This document shows, one piece after another, positions 30,457-43,715 of a stretch of 64,000 nucleotides of DNA (positions are counted from its first letter, which is position 1; every line of letters begins with the position of its first letter). The position numbers and the translations under genes are program-made. Source of the stretch: an uncultured delta proteobacterium (lineage in GTDB: Bacteria; Myxococcota_A; Polyangia; Fen-1088); the NCBI GenBank assembly GCA_963796685.1, contig CAWCMR010000025.1, positions 1,600,001 through 1,664,000 on the forward strand. The letters are read 5' to 3'. Under the pieces are notes generated by a model that searched no databases, had not been told where the DNA came from, and worked only from the letters and a program-made list of their open reading frames with translations.

Positions 30457-32136
30457 ATGCCGGGACGCATTGTCGATTTGAAGGGTTTGCCCGCGCTGCT
30501 CGCCATCTCTTGCCTTGCCGCGTTCGTGACTGGACTGGGCTGCCGCCCGGTCGCGTCCGCCCGAGGATCGGGCGGGGGCGGTCAGGCTGCCGGAGGAAGC
30601 GGAGGCAGCGGTGTCGGGGGACGCGGCGGTGCGGGAGGAGCCGGCGGAGGTGGCGCGGGTGGCAGCGGTGGCACGAGTAGCAGCGGTGGTGCGAGTGGCA
30701 GCGGTGGTGCGAGTGGTAGCGGTGGTGCGAGTGGCTCAGGCGGCAGCTCGGTGGCAGCGAGGCCGCCGACCATCTCGGGTCTCGCGATCGAGGCCAATCC
30801 CAACAACAGCCTCTCGTGCTTCGTGGCCTGGACGACCGACGTCGCCGCCAGCTCCGAGGTGCAGTTCGGCGCCGGCACCTACCAGTTTCACATCGTGGCC
30901 GATGAAGCGGTCACCTCTCACCGCGTGCTCGTCATCGGCATGGTGGCGCAGACCGACTACCTCATCAAGGCCGTGTCCGCCACCGCGGGCGGCTCGGTCA
31001 GCGCGGAAGGGACTTTCACGACCGGCGCGCTGCCAGCCGGCCTGCCCATTGCCACGCCAACGGTCACCGACACCACCGGCTCACAGGCCGGCTGGACTTT
31101 GGTCAACATCATGCCGGCCGGCAAAAGCATCGGCTTCACCGGCAGCGCACCCGGAATCATGGTTATGTACGACCAGACCGGCGTTCCGGTTTGGTATTTC
31201 GTCAACGGGACCACCGCGGACACGCGTGGCGACGTCTCGCTCCGGGTGCTTGCGAACGGCAACCTCATTCTCGGCCCGTCCTCGGGCGAGCCCGCCAAGG
31301 AGATCGATCTCGCCGGCAACGTGGTTTGGTCGGGTCCGCCGCAGCCGTCGGCCAACGCAACGACGACCGATCCCGCGACCGCGCCCATGTCGCATTTCGC
31401 GGACAAGCTCGCCAACGGAAACTACGTTTTGTTTCGCGACCTCACCAACGCGAACGGTATCGGCGGCGCCTATGTCGAGGAGCTGACACCATCGAACACC
31501 GTCGCGTGGTCGTGGAACCTCTTCGACCACATCCAGCCGCCCGCGGACGCCGCGAAGGATTGGTGCCACCCCAACGCGGTGACCGTCGACCTCGACCACG
31601 ACGTCTTCTATTTGAGCTGCCGATTCCAGGGCATCATCAAGGCGCGCCGCTCGGGGGACCAGGGCGTGATCTGGGTTCTGGGCGGACAGGCCGGCGGCGA
31701 TTTCGCCTTCAGCCCCTCCGCGGCGAGCTTCGACGATCAGCACGATCCCGAGATCCACGCCGACGGCACCATCCTGCTCTACAACAACCGCGGCGAGGCC
31801 GCCGTGCCGCCAACCGGGGTCACCTCGCGCGTGCTCGAGGTCTCGGTCGACGAGCAGACCATGCAGGCCAATCTGACGTTCGAGTTTCCTGGCAGCTTCA
31901 ATACCGACTCCTGGTACACGAGCACCTGGTACACGCCCTACTGGGGAGACGCGGATCGCCTGGCGAATGGCAATGTTCTCATCGTCGCCGGCTTCCGCAG
32001 CCAAACCATTCAGACGCATATCTTCGAGGTCCGCCCCTCGGACGGCAAGGTTGTCTGGCAGATCACGCTCCCCGCGGGCGCCGGGTCCTATCAGGCCGAG
32101 CGACTGTCGCCGCCCCCGCTCGTTCAACCGCTTTGA
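30457..32136 (+). CDS. Arylsulfotransferase (ASST) family lipoprotein with Gly-rich linker and Fn3-like domain
   Basis: Lipobox GLGC; DWCHPNAV, DQHDP and WGDADRLANGN motifs. Confidence 0.8.
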   Translation: MPGRIVDLKGLPALLAISCLAAFVTGLGCRPVASARGSGGGGQAAGGSGGSGVGGRGGAGGAGGGGAGGSGGTSSSGGASGSGGASGSGGASGSGGSSVAARPPTISGLAIEANPNNSLSCFVAWTTDVAASSEVQFGAGTYQFHIVADEAVTSHRVLVIGMVAQTDYLIKAVSATAGGSVSAEGTFTTGALPAGLPIATPTVTDTTGSQAGWTLVNIMPAGKSIGFTGSAPGIMVMYDQTGVPVWYFVNGTTADTRGDVSLRVLANGNLILGPSSGEPAKEIDLAGNVVWSGPPQPSANATTTDPATAPMSHFADKLANGNYVLFRDLTNANGIGGAYVEELTPSNTVAWSWNLFDHIQPPADAAKDWCHPNAVTVDLDHDVFYLSCRFQGIIKARRSGDQGVIWVLGGQAGGDFAFSPSAASFDDQHDPEIHADGTILLYNNRGEAAVPPTGVTSRVLEVSVDEQTMQANLTFEFPGSFNTDSWYTSTWYTPYWGDADRLANGNVLIVAGFRSQTIQTHIFEVRPSDGKVVWQITLPAGAGSYQAERLSPPPLVQPL

Positions 32137-32139
32137 GCC

Positions 32140-32271
32140 TCTAAGGAAGCCAGGAAGCCAGGAATGGATGATATGGGGGTTGGGGGGCGATGACGCGTTC
32201 GAGTCCCATCTGCTTGTCCAGTTGGGAGTACTGCTTGCTCTCTTTCTTCCTGCTTTCCTGGCTTCCTTAGA
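32140..32271. repeat. Family C palindromic element
   Basis: Inverted arms TCTAAGGAAGCCAGGAA / TTCCTGGCTTCCTTAGA built of AGGAAGCC units. Confidence 0.75.
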
Positions 32272-32338
32272 CGTTATCGGTCCCCTTTGACGTCGCTCTT
32301 GTCGACGCGTGGGCGCGGACTGCGGTAAAACCGCCACC

Positions 32339-33595
<1,257 letters not shown>

Positions 33596-33600
33596 CCGGA

Positions 33601-33699
33601 TTTTCACCACAGAGAGCGCAGAGGAAGAAGTAGTTCAGAAACAGATCCGGAAACCCTTTCTTCTTCACCCTCTGCGCTCTCTGCGTCTCTGTGGTGAAA
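33601..33699. repeat. Family A palindromic element
   Basis: TTTCACCACAGAGA...TCTCTGTGGTGAAA inverted arms directly after icd. Confidence 0.8.
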
Positions 33700-33716
33700 T
33701 TCTTTCAACCTGCAAC

Positions 33717-36700
<2,984 letters not shown>

Positions 36701-36773
36701 TTGGAGCTAGTTAAGTGCTTGGAGCTATTGGCGAGCCATGCCATCATGGCCGCCGCCTGGGAGGAACCCGTCG

Positions 36774-37469
36774 ATGCGAAAAATCATTGGTCTCTGCTTC
36801 CTGACCGCAACCTTGTTCGCGAGCTCGGCCCGCGCGCAGAGCATTTTCATTGAGAAGGGCGATCCCAGCGCCATGGATGTCACGGTCGGCGGCGGCCTCA
36901 TCAAGGACGCTTGGGGGGCAGGCCTCGGCGCCGGCTACTCGTACCGCGGGGTCTTTGATGTCGGTGCCGACTTCGTGCGCTATGCATACACGGCCGGCCC
37001 GAACAACAAGCTCGCCGGCTACAGCGTGGCCCCGTTCGTGACCTGGCACGCCTTCCGCAGCGATGTGGACGAATTGCCGGTTTCCGTCGCCGTCACCTTT
37101 GCCATGCAGAGAATCGTCTACGCGGGCAACGGCCCGGTCGCCAACCCCGAAGGCTGGGGCCTGCTTCTCGGCCCGTCGGTCTACCGCCGCATGGAATTCG
37201 GCAGCAATCTGGTCTTCGTCCCCGAGCTGCTCGTTGCCTACGACCTGTCGCAAACCCGCTTCTACAGCGAGGCCGGCGACCAAACCTCCGGGAACACCGC
37301 CCAGTCCCAACTCGGTGTCGGCTATTCGACCACCACCAAGAACAACGTGCGCGCGCTCATCAGGCCGAACATCGTGTACAAGATGGGCAATACCAACTAC
37401 GTGGTCGTCCCCTACGTCGGCTACGAGGGCGCCTTCGCGGTGGGTGGAAACATCGGCGCGATGTTCTAG
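36774..37469 (+). CDS. Hypothetical outer-membrane beta-barrel protein
   Basis: RBS GGAGG, signal peptide ARA, terminal Phe. Confidence 0.7.
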   Translation: MRKIIGLCFLTATLFASSARAQSIFIEKGDPSAMDVTVGGGLIKDAWGAGLGAGYSYRGVFDVGADFVRYAYTAGPNNKLAGYSVAPFVTWHAFRSDVDELPVSVAVTFAMQRIVYAGNGPVANPEGWGLLLGPSVYRRMEFGSNLVFVPELLVAYDLSQTRFYSEAGDQTSGNTAQSQLGVGYSTTTKNNVRALIRPNIVYKMGNTNYVVVPYVGYEGAFAVGGNIGAMF

Positions 37470-37548
37470 CGTCTGCGGGCGCAATCGAATTTCCCCTGCT
37501 AGGTTTGCGGCTGGCATGTCCCCGGAGGGACGCCAGGAAGGGCTTTGC

Positions 37549-38487
37549 ATGTCTCAGCGGAAGAAGATCGCACTCGTAGGAGCAGGGAACATCGGCGGTG
37601 AGCTGGCGGCGCTGGCGGCTCGCCAGGAGCTTGGCGATGTCTGGTTGTTCGACATTCCCGAGAAGCTCGGCGTGGCTCAGGGCAAAGCCTTGGACCTGGA
37701 GCAGAACGGCGCCGTGCTGGGCTACGACGCCGCAATTCGCGGGACCGCCAATTGGGACGACCTGGCGGGCTCGGACGTGGTCATCGTGACCGCGGGGATC
37801 CCGCGCAAGCCGGGGATGTCGCGCGACGATCTGCTCAGCGTGAATCTCAAGATCATCCGCAGCGTGGCGGAAAACCTACGCACCCGCTGCCCGAACGCGT
37901 TCGTCATCGTGGTGTCGAACCCGCTCGATGCCATGGTGTACGCCATGAAAGAGGGCACCGGTTTCCCACCCGAGCGCGTGGTGGGCATGGCCGGCGTCCT
38001 CGATTCCTCCCGGCTCCAGCTCTTCCTGGCGCAGGCAGCGGGCGTGGCGGTGAAGGACGTGCGCGCCATGGTCCTGGGCGGGCACGGCGACACCATGGTG
38101 CCGGTGGCGAGCTACTGCACCATCAACGGCATCCCGGCGGGCCAGCTCATCCCCGCCGACAAGCTCGCCGCCATTTTCGAGCGCACGCGCAACGGTGGTG
38201 CCGAGGTCGTCAAGCTGATGGGGACCAGTGCCTACTACGCGCCGGCCGCTTCGGCCATCAAGATGGCCCGCGCCTTTCTGCACGACGAGAAGCGCCTGAT
38301 CCCTTGCGCCGCTTACCTGCGCGGCGAGTACGGGTACACCGACCTCTACATCGGGGTGCCGGTCGTCCTGGGCGGCAAGGGTGTCGAGAAGGTGGTCGAG
38401 ATCGCGCTCGCCCCCGGCGAAAAGCAGATGCTCGACAGCTCCGCCAAGGCCGTGCGCGAGCTCATCGAAGTGTCGAAACGCCTCTAG
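37549..38487 (+). CDS. mdh: Malate dehydrogenase (LDH-like)
   Basis: GAGNIG, PRKPGMSRDDL, SNPLD, LGGHGD. Confidence 0.96.
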   Translation: MSQRKKIALVGAGNIGGELAALAARQELGDVWLFDIPEKLGVAQGKALDLEQNGAVLGYDAAIRGTANWDDLAGSDVVIVTAGIPRKPGMSRDDLLSVNLKIIRSVAENLRTRCPNAFVIVVSNPLDAMVYAMKEGTGFPPERVVGMAGVLDSSRLQLFLAQAAGVAVKDVRAMVLGGHGDTMVPVASYCTINGIPAGQLIPADKLAAIFERTRNGGAEVVKLMGTSAYYAPAASAIKMARAFLHDEKRLIPCAAYLRGEYGYTDLYIGVPVVLGGKGVEKVVEIALAPGEKQMLDSSAKAVRELIEVSKRL

Positions 38488-38546
38488 CGCAGCGCGGTTG
38501 CCGATCTACCGGCATCCTTGAGATCTGACGCTATAATCCGTACGCC

Positions 38547-39641
38547 TTGGATCTCCGATCATTCACCCTTGCCGAGCTTCGCGAGCGCGTTGCCAACGCG
38601 GGCGAGCCACCGTTTCGCGCCGAACAAGTCTTTCGCTGGCTTCACGGCCCGGGCGCGGGTGGCATGGGCGGCGTGCGCATTCCGCTTGCCCCGTCGACGG
38701 TTCCGCGCGCCCTGCGCGATGCCCTGCTGGCCGGTGCGCCGCTGACGCCGCTCATGCACGATGGGACGTTCGAATCGTCGGACGGCACCCGCAAGTTTCG
38801 CTTCCTGACCCATGACGGTCGTGCCATCGAGAGTGTCCTCATCCCCGACGACAAACAGGAGCGCAGCAAGCTGACTTTGTGCATCTCCAGCCAGGCCGGC
38901 TGTGCCTGGGGCTGCGCCTTCTGCGCCACCGCCACGCTGGGCTTTGGTCGCCATCTTTCCGCCGGCGAGATCGTCGAGCAGCTTTACTGGACCATGGAGA
39001 GTGTGGGACAAAAGCCGACCAATATCGTCTTCATGGGCATGGGCGAGCCTTTGCACAATCTCGAACAAGTCACACGCGCACTTTCCAACATCCAGCACCC
39101 GTGGGGCGCGGGCCTGTCCCCGCGGCGCATCACCGTGTCCACCTCGGGCGTGGTGACAGGCATCGACCTTCTGGCCAAGGTGCGGCCGCTGCCCAACCTC
39201 GCTATCTCGCTCAACGCGACCACCGACGAGGTTCGTGACCGACTCATGCCGGTCAACCGGCGCTGGAACCTCGCGGCCCTGCTCGCCGCCGCGCGCAGAT
39301 TTCCGCTCGGCCATCACCGCCGTATCACCTTCGAGTACGTGCTGTTCGCCGGCGTGAACGACAGCGATATGGACGCCGCCCGGATCCCGAGGTTGCTCGG
39401 GAACATCCCCAGCAAGGTCAATTTGATTCCCTGGAATCCCGTGCCTGGCCTTCCTTTCGAACGCCCGAGCGAGGGACGCATCTTGGCCTTCCAGAACCTG
39501 GTACGCAGACCCGATCTGCCGGTGTACATTCGCACCCCGCGCGGCGATGACACGGCGGCGGCATGCGGCCAGCTCGCGGCCCGGATCGGCGAAGGGTCGA
39601 CCGGCTTCTTCAACCTCAAAGCCACGAGGCGGGTATCATGA
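38547..39641 (+). CDS. rlmN: 23S rRNA/tRNA m2A methyltransferase RlmN
   Basis: CISSQAGC..GC.FCAT, FMGMGEP, AACGQL. Confidence 0.95.
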   Translation: MDLRSFTLAELRERVANAGEPPFRAEQVFRWLHGPGAGGMGGVRIPLAPSTVPRALRDALLAGAPLTPLMHDGTFESSDGTRKFRFLTHDGRAIESVLIPDDKQERSKLTLCISSQAGCAWGCAFCATATLGFGRHLSAGEIVEQLYWTMESVGQKPTNIVFMGMGEPLHNLEQVTRALSNIQHPWGAGLSPRRITVSTSGVVTGIDLLAKVRPLPNLAISLNATTDEVRDRLMPVNRRWNLAALLAAARRFPLGHHRRITFEYVLFAGVNDSDMDAARIPRLLGNIPSKVNLIPWNPVPGLPFERPSEGRILAFQNLVRRPDLPVYIRTPRGDDTAAACGQLAARIGEGSTGFFNLKATRRVS

Positions 39642-40657
39642 CCCAGGCCGCTGTTCACATCGACGACCTGACCTCGCCTGTGCCGCCCTTGCGCCGGCGG
39701 GTCAGCGATCTGTGGTCGCTCGTGGAAGGGGACATGCACAAGGTGGAGACGCTTCTGTGCGAACAGATGGACAGCCCCATCGGGCGCATCCCCGAGGTCG
39801 GAACGCACCTGCTCGCGGCGGGCGGCAAACGCCTGCGCCCCCTGCTCGCGGTGCTGGTGGGACGCGCCAGCGAGGCCGACATGGAGCAGGCGGTGGCCGC
39901 GGGTTGTGCCGCCGAGCTCATTCACACCGCCACCCTCTTTCACGACGACGTGGTCGACACCGGCAATGTCCGCCGCGGGCGACCGGCCGCGCGCATGATC
40001 TACGGCAACGGCGTGGCCGTCCTGGTCGGCGACTTCTGCCTGGCCCGCGGGCTGGATCTGGTCGCCTCGACCGATTCCATCGCCATGGTGCGCTCGCTCG
40101 CGGCCACGGTCACCGAAATGGCCGAAGGCGAGGTCGCGCAACTGGAAGGAGCGGGCAATCCCGATGCGAGCATCGCCACCTACCTGCGCGTCGTCGACCG
40201 CAAGACGGCCTCGTTGATGGCCTGGTGCGCGCGCGTCGGCGGCGTTCTTCCCGGGGGACTGGATCTCGCGCTCGGGCGTTTCGGGCGCGCGCTCGGCCGC
40301 GCCTTTCAAATCGTCGATGATGTTCTCGACTGCTCGATGGACGAGGGCACCACTGGCAAATCGGTCGGTCGCGATCTGCAGGAAGGCAAGCTCACCCTGC
40401 CGGTCCTGCTCGCGTGCGAGGCCAACCCCGACCTGCGCGACCGCATTCGCGACGCCCTTGGCGAACAGGGGATTCCCGCCGACAAAGCCCACGCCATCCT
40501 TTCCACGGTGCGCGCCGCCGGTGGCGTCGAGCGTGCGCGCCGGCGTGCGCTGGCGTTCGCCGATGAGGCGGTGGCGGAGCTTGCGGCCCTGCCCGCCTCG
40601 CCGTACCGGGAGGCCCTGGCCGAGCTGCCCCGGCTCTCCGTTGACCGGGTGGCGTGA
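39638..40657 (+). CDS. ispB: Polyprenyl diphosphate synthase
   Basis: GGKRLRP, HDDVVD...RRG, FQIVDDVLD. Confidence 0.92.
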   Translation: MTQAAVHIDDLTSPVPPLRRRVSDLWSLVEGDMHKVETLLCEQMDSPIGRIPEVGTHLLAAGGKRLRPLLAVLVGRASEADMEQAVAAGCAAELIHTATLFHDDVVDTGNVRRGRPAARMIYGNGVAVLVGDFCLARGLDLVASTDSIAMVRSLAATVTEMAEGEVAQLEGAGNPDASIATYLRVVDRKTASLMAWCARVGGVLPGGLDLALGRFGRALGRAFQIVDDVLDCSMDEGTTGKSVGRDLQEGKLTLPVLLACEANPDLRDRIRDALGEQGIPADKAHAILSTVRAAGGVERARRRALAFADEAVAELAALPASPYREALAELPRLSVDRVA

Positions 40658-41352
40658 TGTCCGTTTCCGCGTCGCAAGCCGACATCCGGGGGATGTTCGA
40701 CCGCATTGCCGACCGCTACGACCGCGCCAATCGCATCATGTCGGCCGGCGTGGACGTGCTGTGGCGGCGCAAGGCCATCGGGCAATTGTTGGCCGGCTTC
40801 GGCGACTCGTCGCGGGTGCTGGACCTTGGCGCGGGCACCCTGGACGGCGCCATCGAGATCCTGCGCAGGCGGCCCTTGGCGCAGGTCTTCGCCGCGGATT
40901 TTGCCCGCAACATGCTCGTGCTCGGGCGCAAGAAGCCGCGCGCGGCGAAGGTGCGGATTCAGGTTGCCGACGGCCACGCGCTGCCCTACCTGGACCAAGC
41001 CTTCGATGGCGCCTTCTCCGCTTTCTGCGTGCGCAACCTGCGCGTCCTCGACCAGGCCTTGGCGGAGTTGCGCCGTGTGGTGCGGCCCGGCGGACGCATC
41101 GCCATCCTGGAGTTCTTCCGTCCCCGCCGGCGACGGCCCTTCTGGGATGGCTTCTACAACGCACGCGTGCTGCCCCTGCTCGGACGCGCCGTGACCGGAG
41201 ACGAAGCCGCCTATCGGTACCTGCCCGAATCCATCGCGGGATTTCTCACCCGCGACGAATTCGAGGCGCGTCTGCGCGCGGCCGGATTCGCCGGAGTTCG
41301 AGGCAGCGACCTCTTCCCCGCCGGCGTCGCATCCTTGGTGGTGGCGGAATGA
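40657..41352 (+). CDS. menG: Demethylmenaquinone methyltransferase UbiE/MenG
   Basis: MFDRIA.RYD.AN, VLDLGAGT, AYRYLPES. Confidence 0.9.
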   Translation: MSVSASQADIRGMFDRIADRYDRANRIMSAGVDVLWRRKAIGQLLAGFGDSSRVLDLGAGTLDGAIEILRRRPLAQVFAADFARNMLVLGRKKPRAAKVRIQVADGHALPYLDQAFDGAFSAFCVRNLRVLDQALAELRRVVRPGGRIAILEFFRPRRRRPFWDGFYNARVLPLLGRAVTGDEAAYRYLPESIAGFLTRDEFEARLRAAGFAGVRGSDLFPAGVASLVVAE

Positions 41353-41912
41353 AGATCCTCGTCGCCGTCACGGGTGCCTCCGGCGCCGTCTACGCCAAGC
41401 GGTTGCTCGACGCCCTGTCCGCCGCGCACAACACAGATTCGAGCCTGGAAATCGCCGTGTGCTTTTCCAACAACGGCCGCTTGGTGTGGCGGCACGAGAT
41501 CGGGGACGAGCCGAGCCACGGCTTTCGTGAGTTTGCCAACGACGACTTCGCCTGCTCGTTCGCCTCGGGCTCGGCCCTGTGGCACGCGGTGGTGGCGGTG
41601 CCTTGCTCGGTGGGACGCGTGGGTCGCATCGCCAGCGGCATGGCCGACGATCTCATCGCGCGCGCCGCCGACGTCGCGCTCAAGGAGCGGCGCAAGCTGA
41701 TCCTGGTCGTGCGCGAGACCCCGCTGTCCCTGATTCACCTCGAGAACCTGCTCACCGTCGCGCGCGCTGGCGCCATCGTGCTGCCCGCCGCACCGTCGTT
41801 CTACACGCGCCCGGCCACCGTCGACGCCGTGGTCGACACGGTGGTGGCCCGCGTGCTCGACCAGCTGGGCATCGGCGTATCGCTCGCGCCCCGTTGGGGG
41901 AAGACACCATGA
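41349..41912 (+). CDS. ubiX: Flavin prenyltransferase UbiX
   Basis: VTGASG, ASGS, RAADVALKERR, RETP. Confidence 0.93.
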   Translation: MKILVAVTGASGAVYAKRLLDALSAAHNTDSSLEIAVCFSNNGRLVWRHEIGDEPSHGFREFANDDFACSFASGSALWHAVVAVPCSVGRVGRIASGMADDLIARAADVALKERRKLILVVRETPLSLIHLENLLTVARAGAIVLPAAPSFYTRPATVDAVVDTVVARVLDQLGIGVSLAPRWGKTP

Positions 41913-42619
41913 AGCAAGACCCGCAAGAACCAGACGATCCGGGACCGGACCTTTTCGACGTGGGCCGCGAGGCCTTGGCTGCCGCGCGCGCCGCTTTTGC
42001 CGGGCGCGCCTTCTTCGTTTCCGCTCGTCGGTTGCAGCAGGATGGCTCGTGGATCGGCCCGCGCGAAGCAACGCTGGCAATGGTCGAGGAGGCCGCACTG
42101 ACCAGTCTCGGCGGCCTGGCGGGAGCACGCGCGCTCGGGGCCAATGCCTTGCTGTGCAGCCTGACCGGCGCGCTCGCCTCCGAAGGGGTCGGTCTCGGCA
42201 TGCGCTGCCTGGTTTGCGCTCCCTTCGCGGCCGGCGAATCCGTCGACCAGCGCCGCGCGCGAATCGGCAAGCTCGGCGAGCTCGTTCGTCGCGTGCCCGG
42301 TATCGACGGCATTCTGCCCGTGCCCGAGGGAGAGGCCCAGGGTCTGGACACGTTGCAATTCTTTGCCGCGTGTCGCGTGGCCTGCCCGGCCATTCACCTG
42401 CTCGTGGATGTGGAGCTCTTCGGCCACAAGCTCGGCCAGCTGTGCCTGTCGTTCGGCGCCGACGAGATCCTGGGCACCATCACCAGCCAGCGCACGCTGC
42501 GGTTGGGCGCGAACGCCTCCAGCAACGCGCTCACGCGCGACGAGGCCGCGCTGCTGCTGCGCGCCTCGGGGTTCGCGCCGTGCGAACGCCTGCCCGAAGG
42601 GAAGGTGCAGGTCCTGTGA
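41909..42619 (+). CDS. Degenerate CofH/MqnE-like protein lacking the CxxxCxxC motif
   Basis: C-terminal KLGQLCLSFGADEILGTI parallels TAQTALWFGADDFDGTV of the adjacent MqnE; overlaps both neighbours. Confidence 0.65.
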   Translation: MKQDPQEPDDPGPDLFDVGREALAAARAAFAGRAFFVSARRLQQDGSWIGPREATLAMVEEAALTSLGGLAGARALGANALLCSLTGALASEGVGLGMRCLVCAPFAAGESVDQRRARIGKLGELVRRVPGIDGILPVPEGEAQGLDTLQFFAACRVACPAIHLLVDVELFGHKLGQLCLSFGADEILGTITSQRTLRLGANASSNALTRDEAALLLRASGFAPCERLPEGKVQVL

Positions 42620-43713
42620 GCCTGGCCGGCATCGCGAGCAAGGTGCGCGAGGGCGTGCCGCTCTCGCACGCGGATGGGCTCGCGCTCTACCAGCATCCGA
42701 ATTTGATGGAAGTCGGGGCCCTGGCCAACGAGGCGCGCGAGCGCCTGCACGACGGTCGCACCTACTTCAATCGCAACCTGCACATCAACCCCACCAACGT
42801 GTGCGTGGCCTCGTGCAAGCTGTGCGCCTTCTCGCGGCGGCGGGCCGACGAGAAGGGGGCTTTCGTGCTGACGGTGGACCAGGCCGTGGACAAGCTGCGC
42901 GCCCGCCTCGCCGCGGGCGATCGGGTCACCGAGGTCCATGTCGTGGGCGGGTTGCACGACGGCCTGCCCCTCGACTACTTCACGTCGCTTTTGGCGGGTC
43001 TCAAGGCCGCGGCTCCCGGCATCAGGCTCAAGGCTTTCTCGGCGGTGGAGATCTTCTTCTTCCACGAGCTTTACCGCATGAGCATCGAGGACCTCTTGCG
43101 CCGCCTGCAGGCCGCTGGTCTCGACTCGCTGCCCGGCGGAGGGGCCGAGGTCTTCTCGTCGCGCGTGCGCAAGGCCATCTGCCCCAACAAGTGCGGAGCG
43201 GACGAATGGTTGGAGGTGCACAGCATCGCCCATCGGCTCGGCCTGAAATCCAATTGCACCATGCTCTTCGGTACCGTCGAGACGCTTGCCGAACGGGTCG
43301 ACCACCTCTTGCTCCTGCGCGCCCAGCAGGCCGAGTCGGGGGGATTCCTGGCGTTCATCCCGCTGCCCTTTCACCCCGAAAACAACGCCCTGGCCAATCG
43401 ACCCGCGCCCACCGCGGCCGAGAGCCTGCGCACCATCGCCGTCGCGCGCCTGCTGCTGCACAACGTGCCGCACATCAAGGCCTACTGGGTCAGCCTTGGC
43501 CTCGGCACGGCGCAGACCGCGCTGTGGTTCGGGGCCGACGATTTCGACGGCACGGTCAGCGAGGAGAAGATCTACCACCAAGCCGGTTCGCGTTCGCCGC
43601 AGGCCTTGACCAGCGCCGAAATCGCCCGCCTGGTGCGCGCGGCGGGCCGCGTTCCCGTGGAACGCGACACGTTCTACGCAAGCGTGCCGCAAGCGAGCGG
43701 AGAGGCGGTCTAG
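42616..43713 (+). CDS. mqnE: Aminofutalosine synthase MqnE (radical SAM)
   Basis: INPTNVCVASCKLCAF, EVHVVGG, PGGGAE, PHIKAYW. Confidence 0.88.
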   Translation: MSLAGIASKVREGVPLSHADGLALYQHPNLMEVGALANEARERLHDGRTYFNRNLHINPTNVCVASCKLCAFSRRRADEKGAFVLTVDQAVDKLRARLAAGDRVTEVHVVGGLHDGLPLDYFTSLLAGLKAAAPGIRLKAFSAVEIFFFHELYRMSIEDLLRRLQAAGLDSLPGGGAEVFSSRVRKAICPNKCGADEWLEVHSIAHRLGLKSNCTMLFGTVETLAERVDHLLLLRAQQAESGGFLAFIPLPFHPENNALANRPAPTAAESLRTIAVARLLLHNVPHIKAYWVSLGLGTAQTALWFGADDFDGTVSEEKIYHQAGSRSPQALTSAEIARLVRAAGRVPVERDTFYASVPQASGEAV

Positions 43714-43715
43714 GC

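Noticed and set aside
2100-30750. Gly-rich and GYPPP coding repeats (2100-2490, 23700-23790, 30570-30750) as novel repeat systems
   Set aside because: Ordinary low-complexity linkers common in myxobacterial exported proteins.
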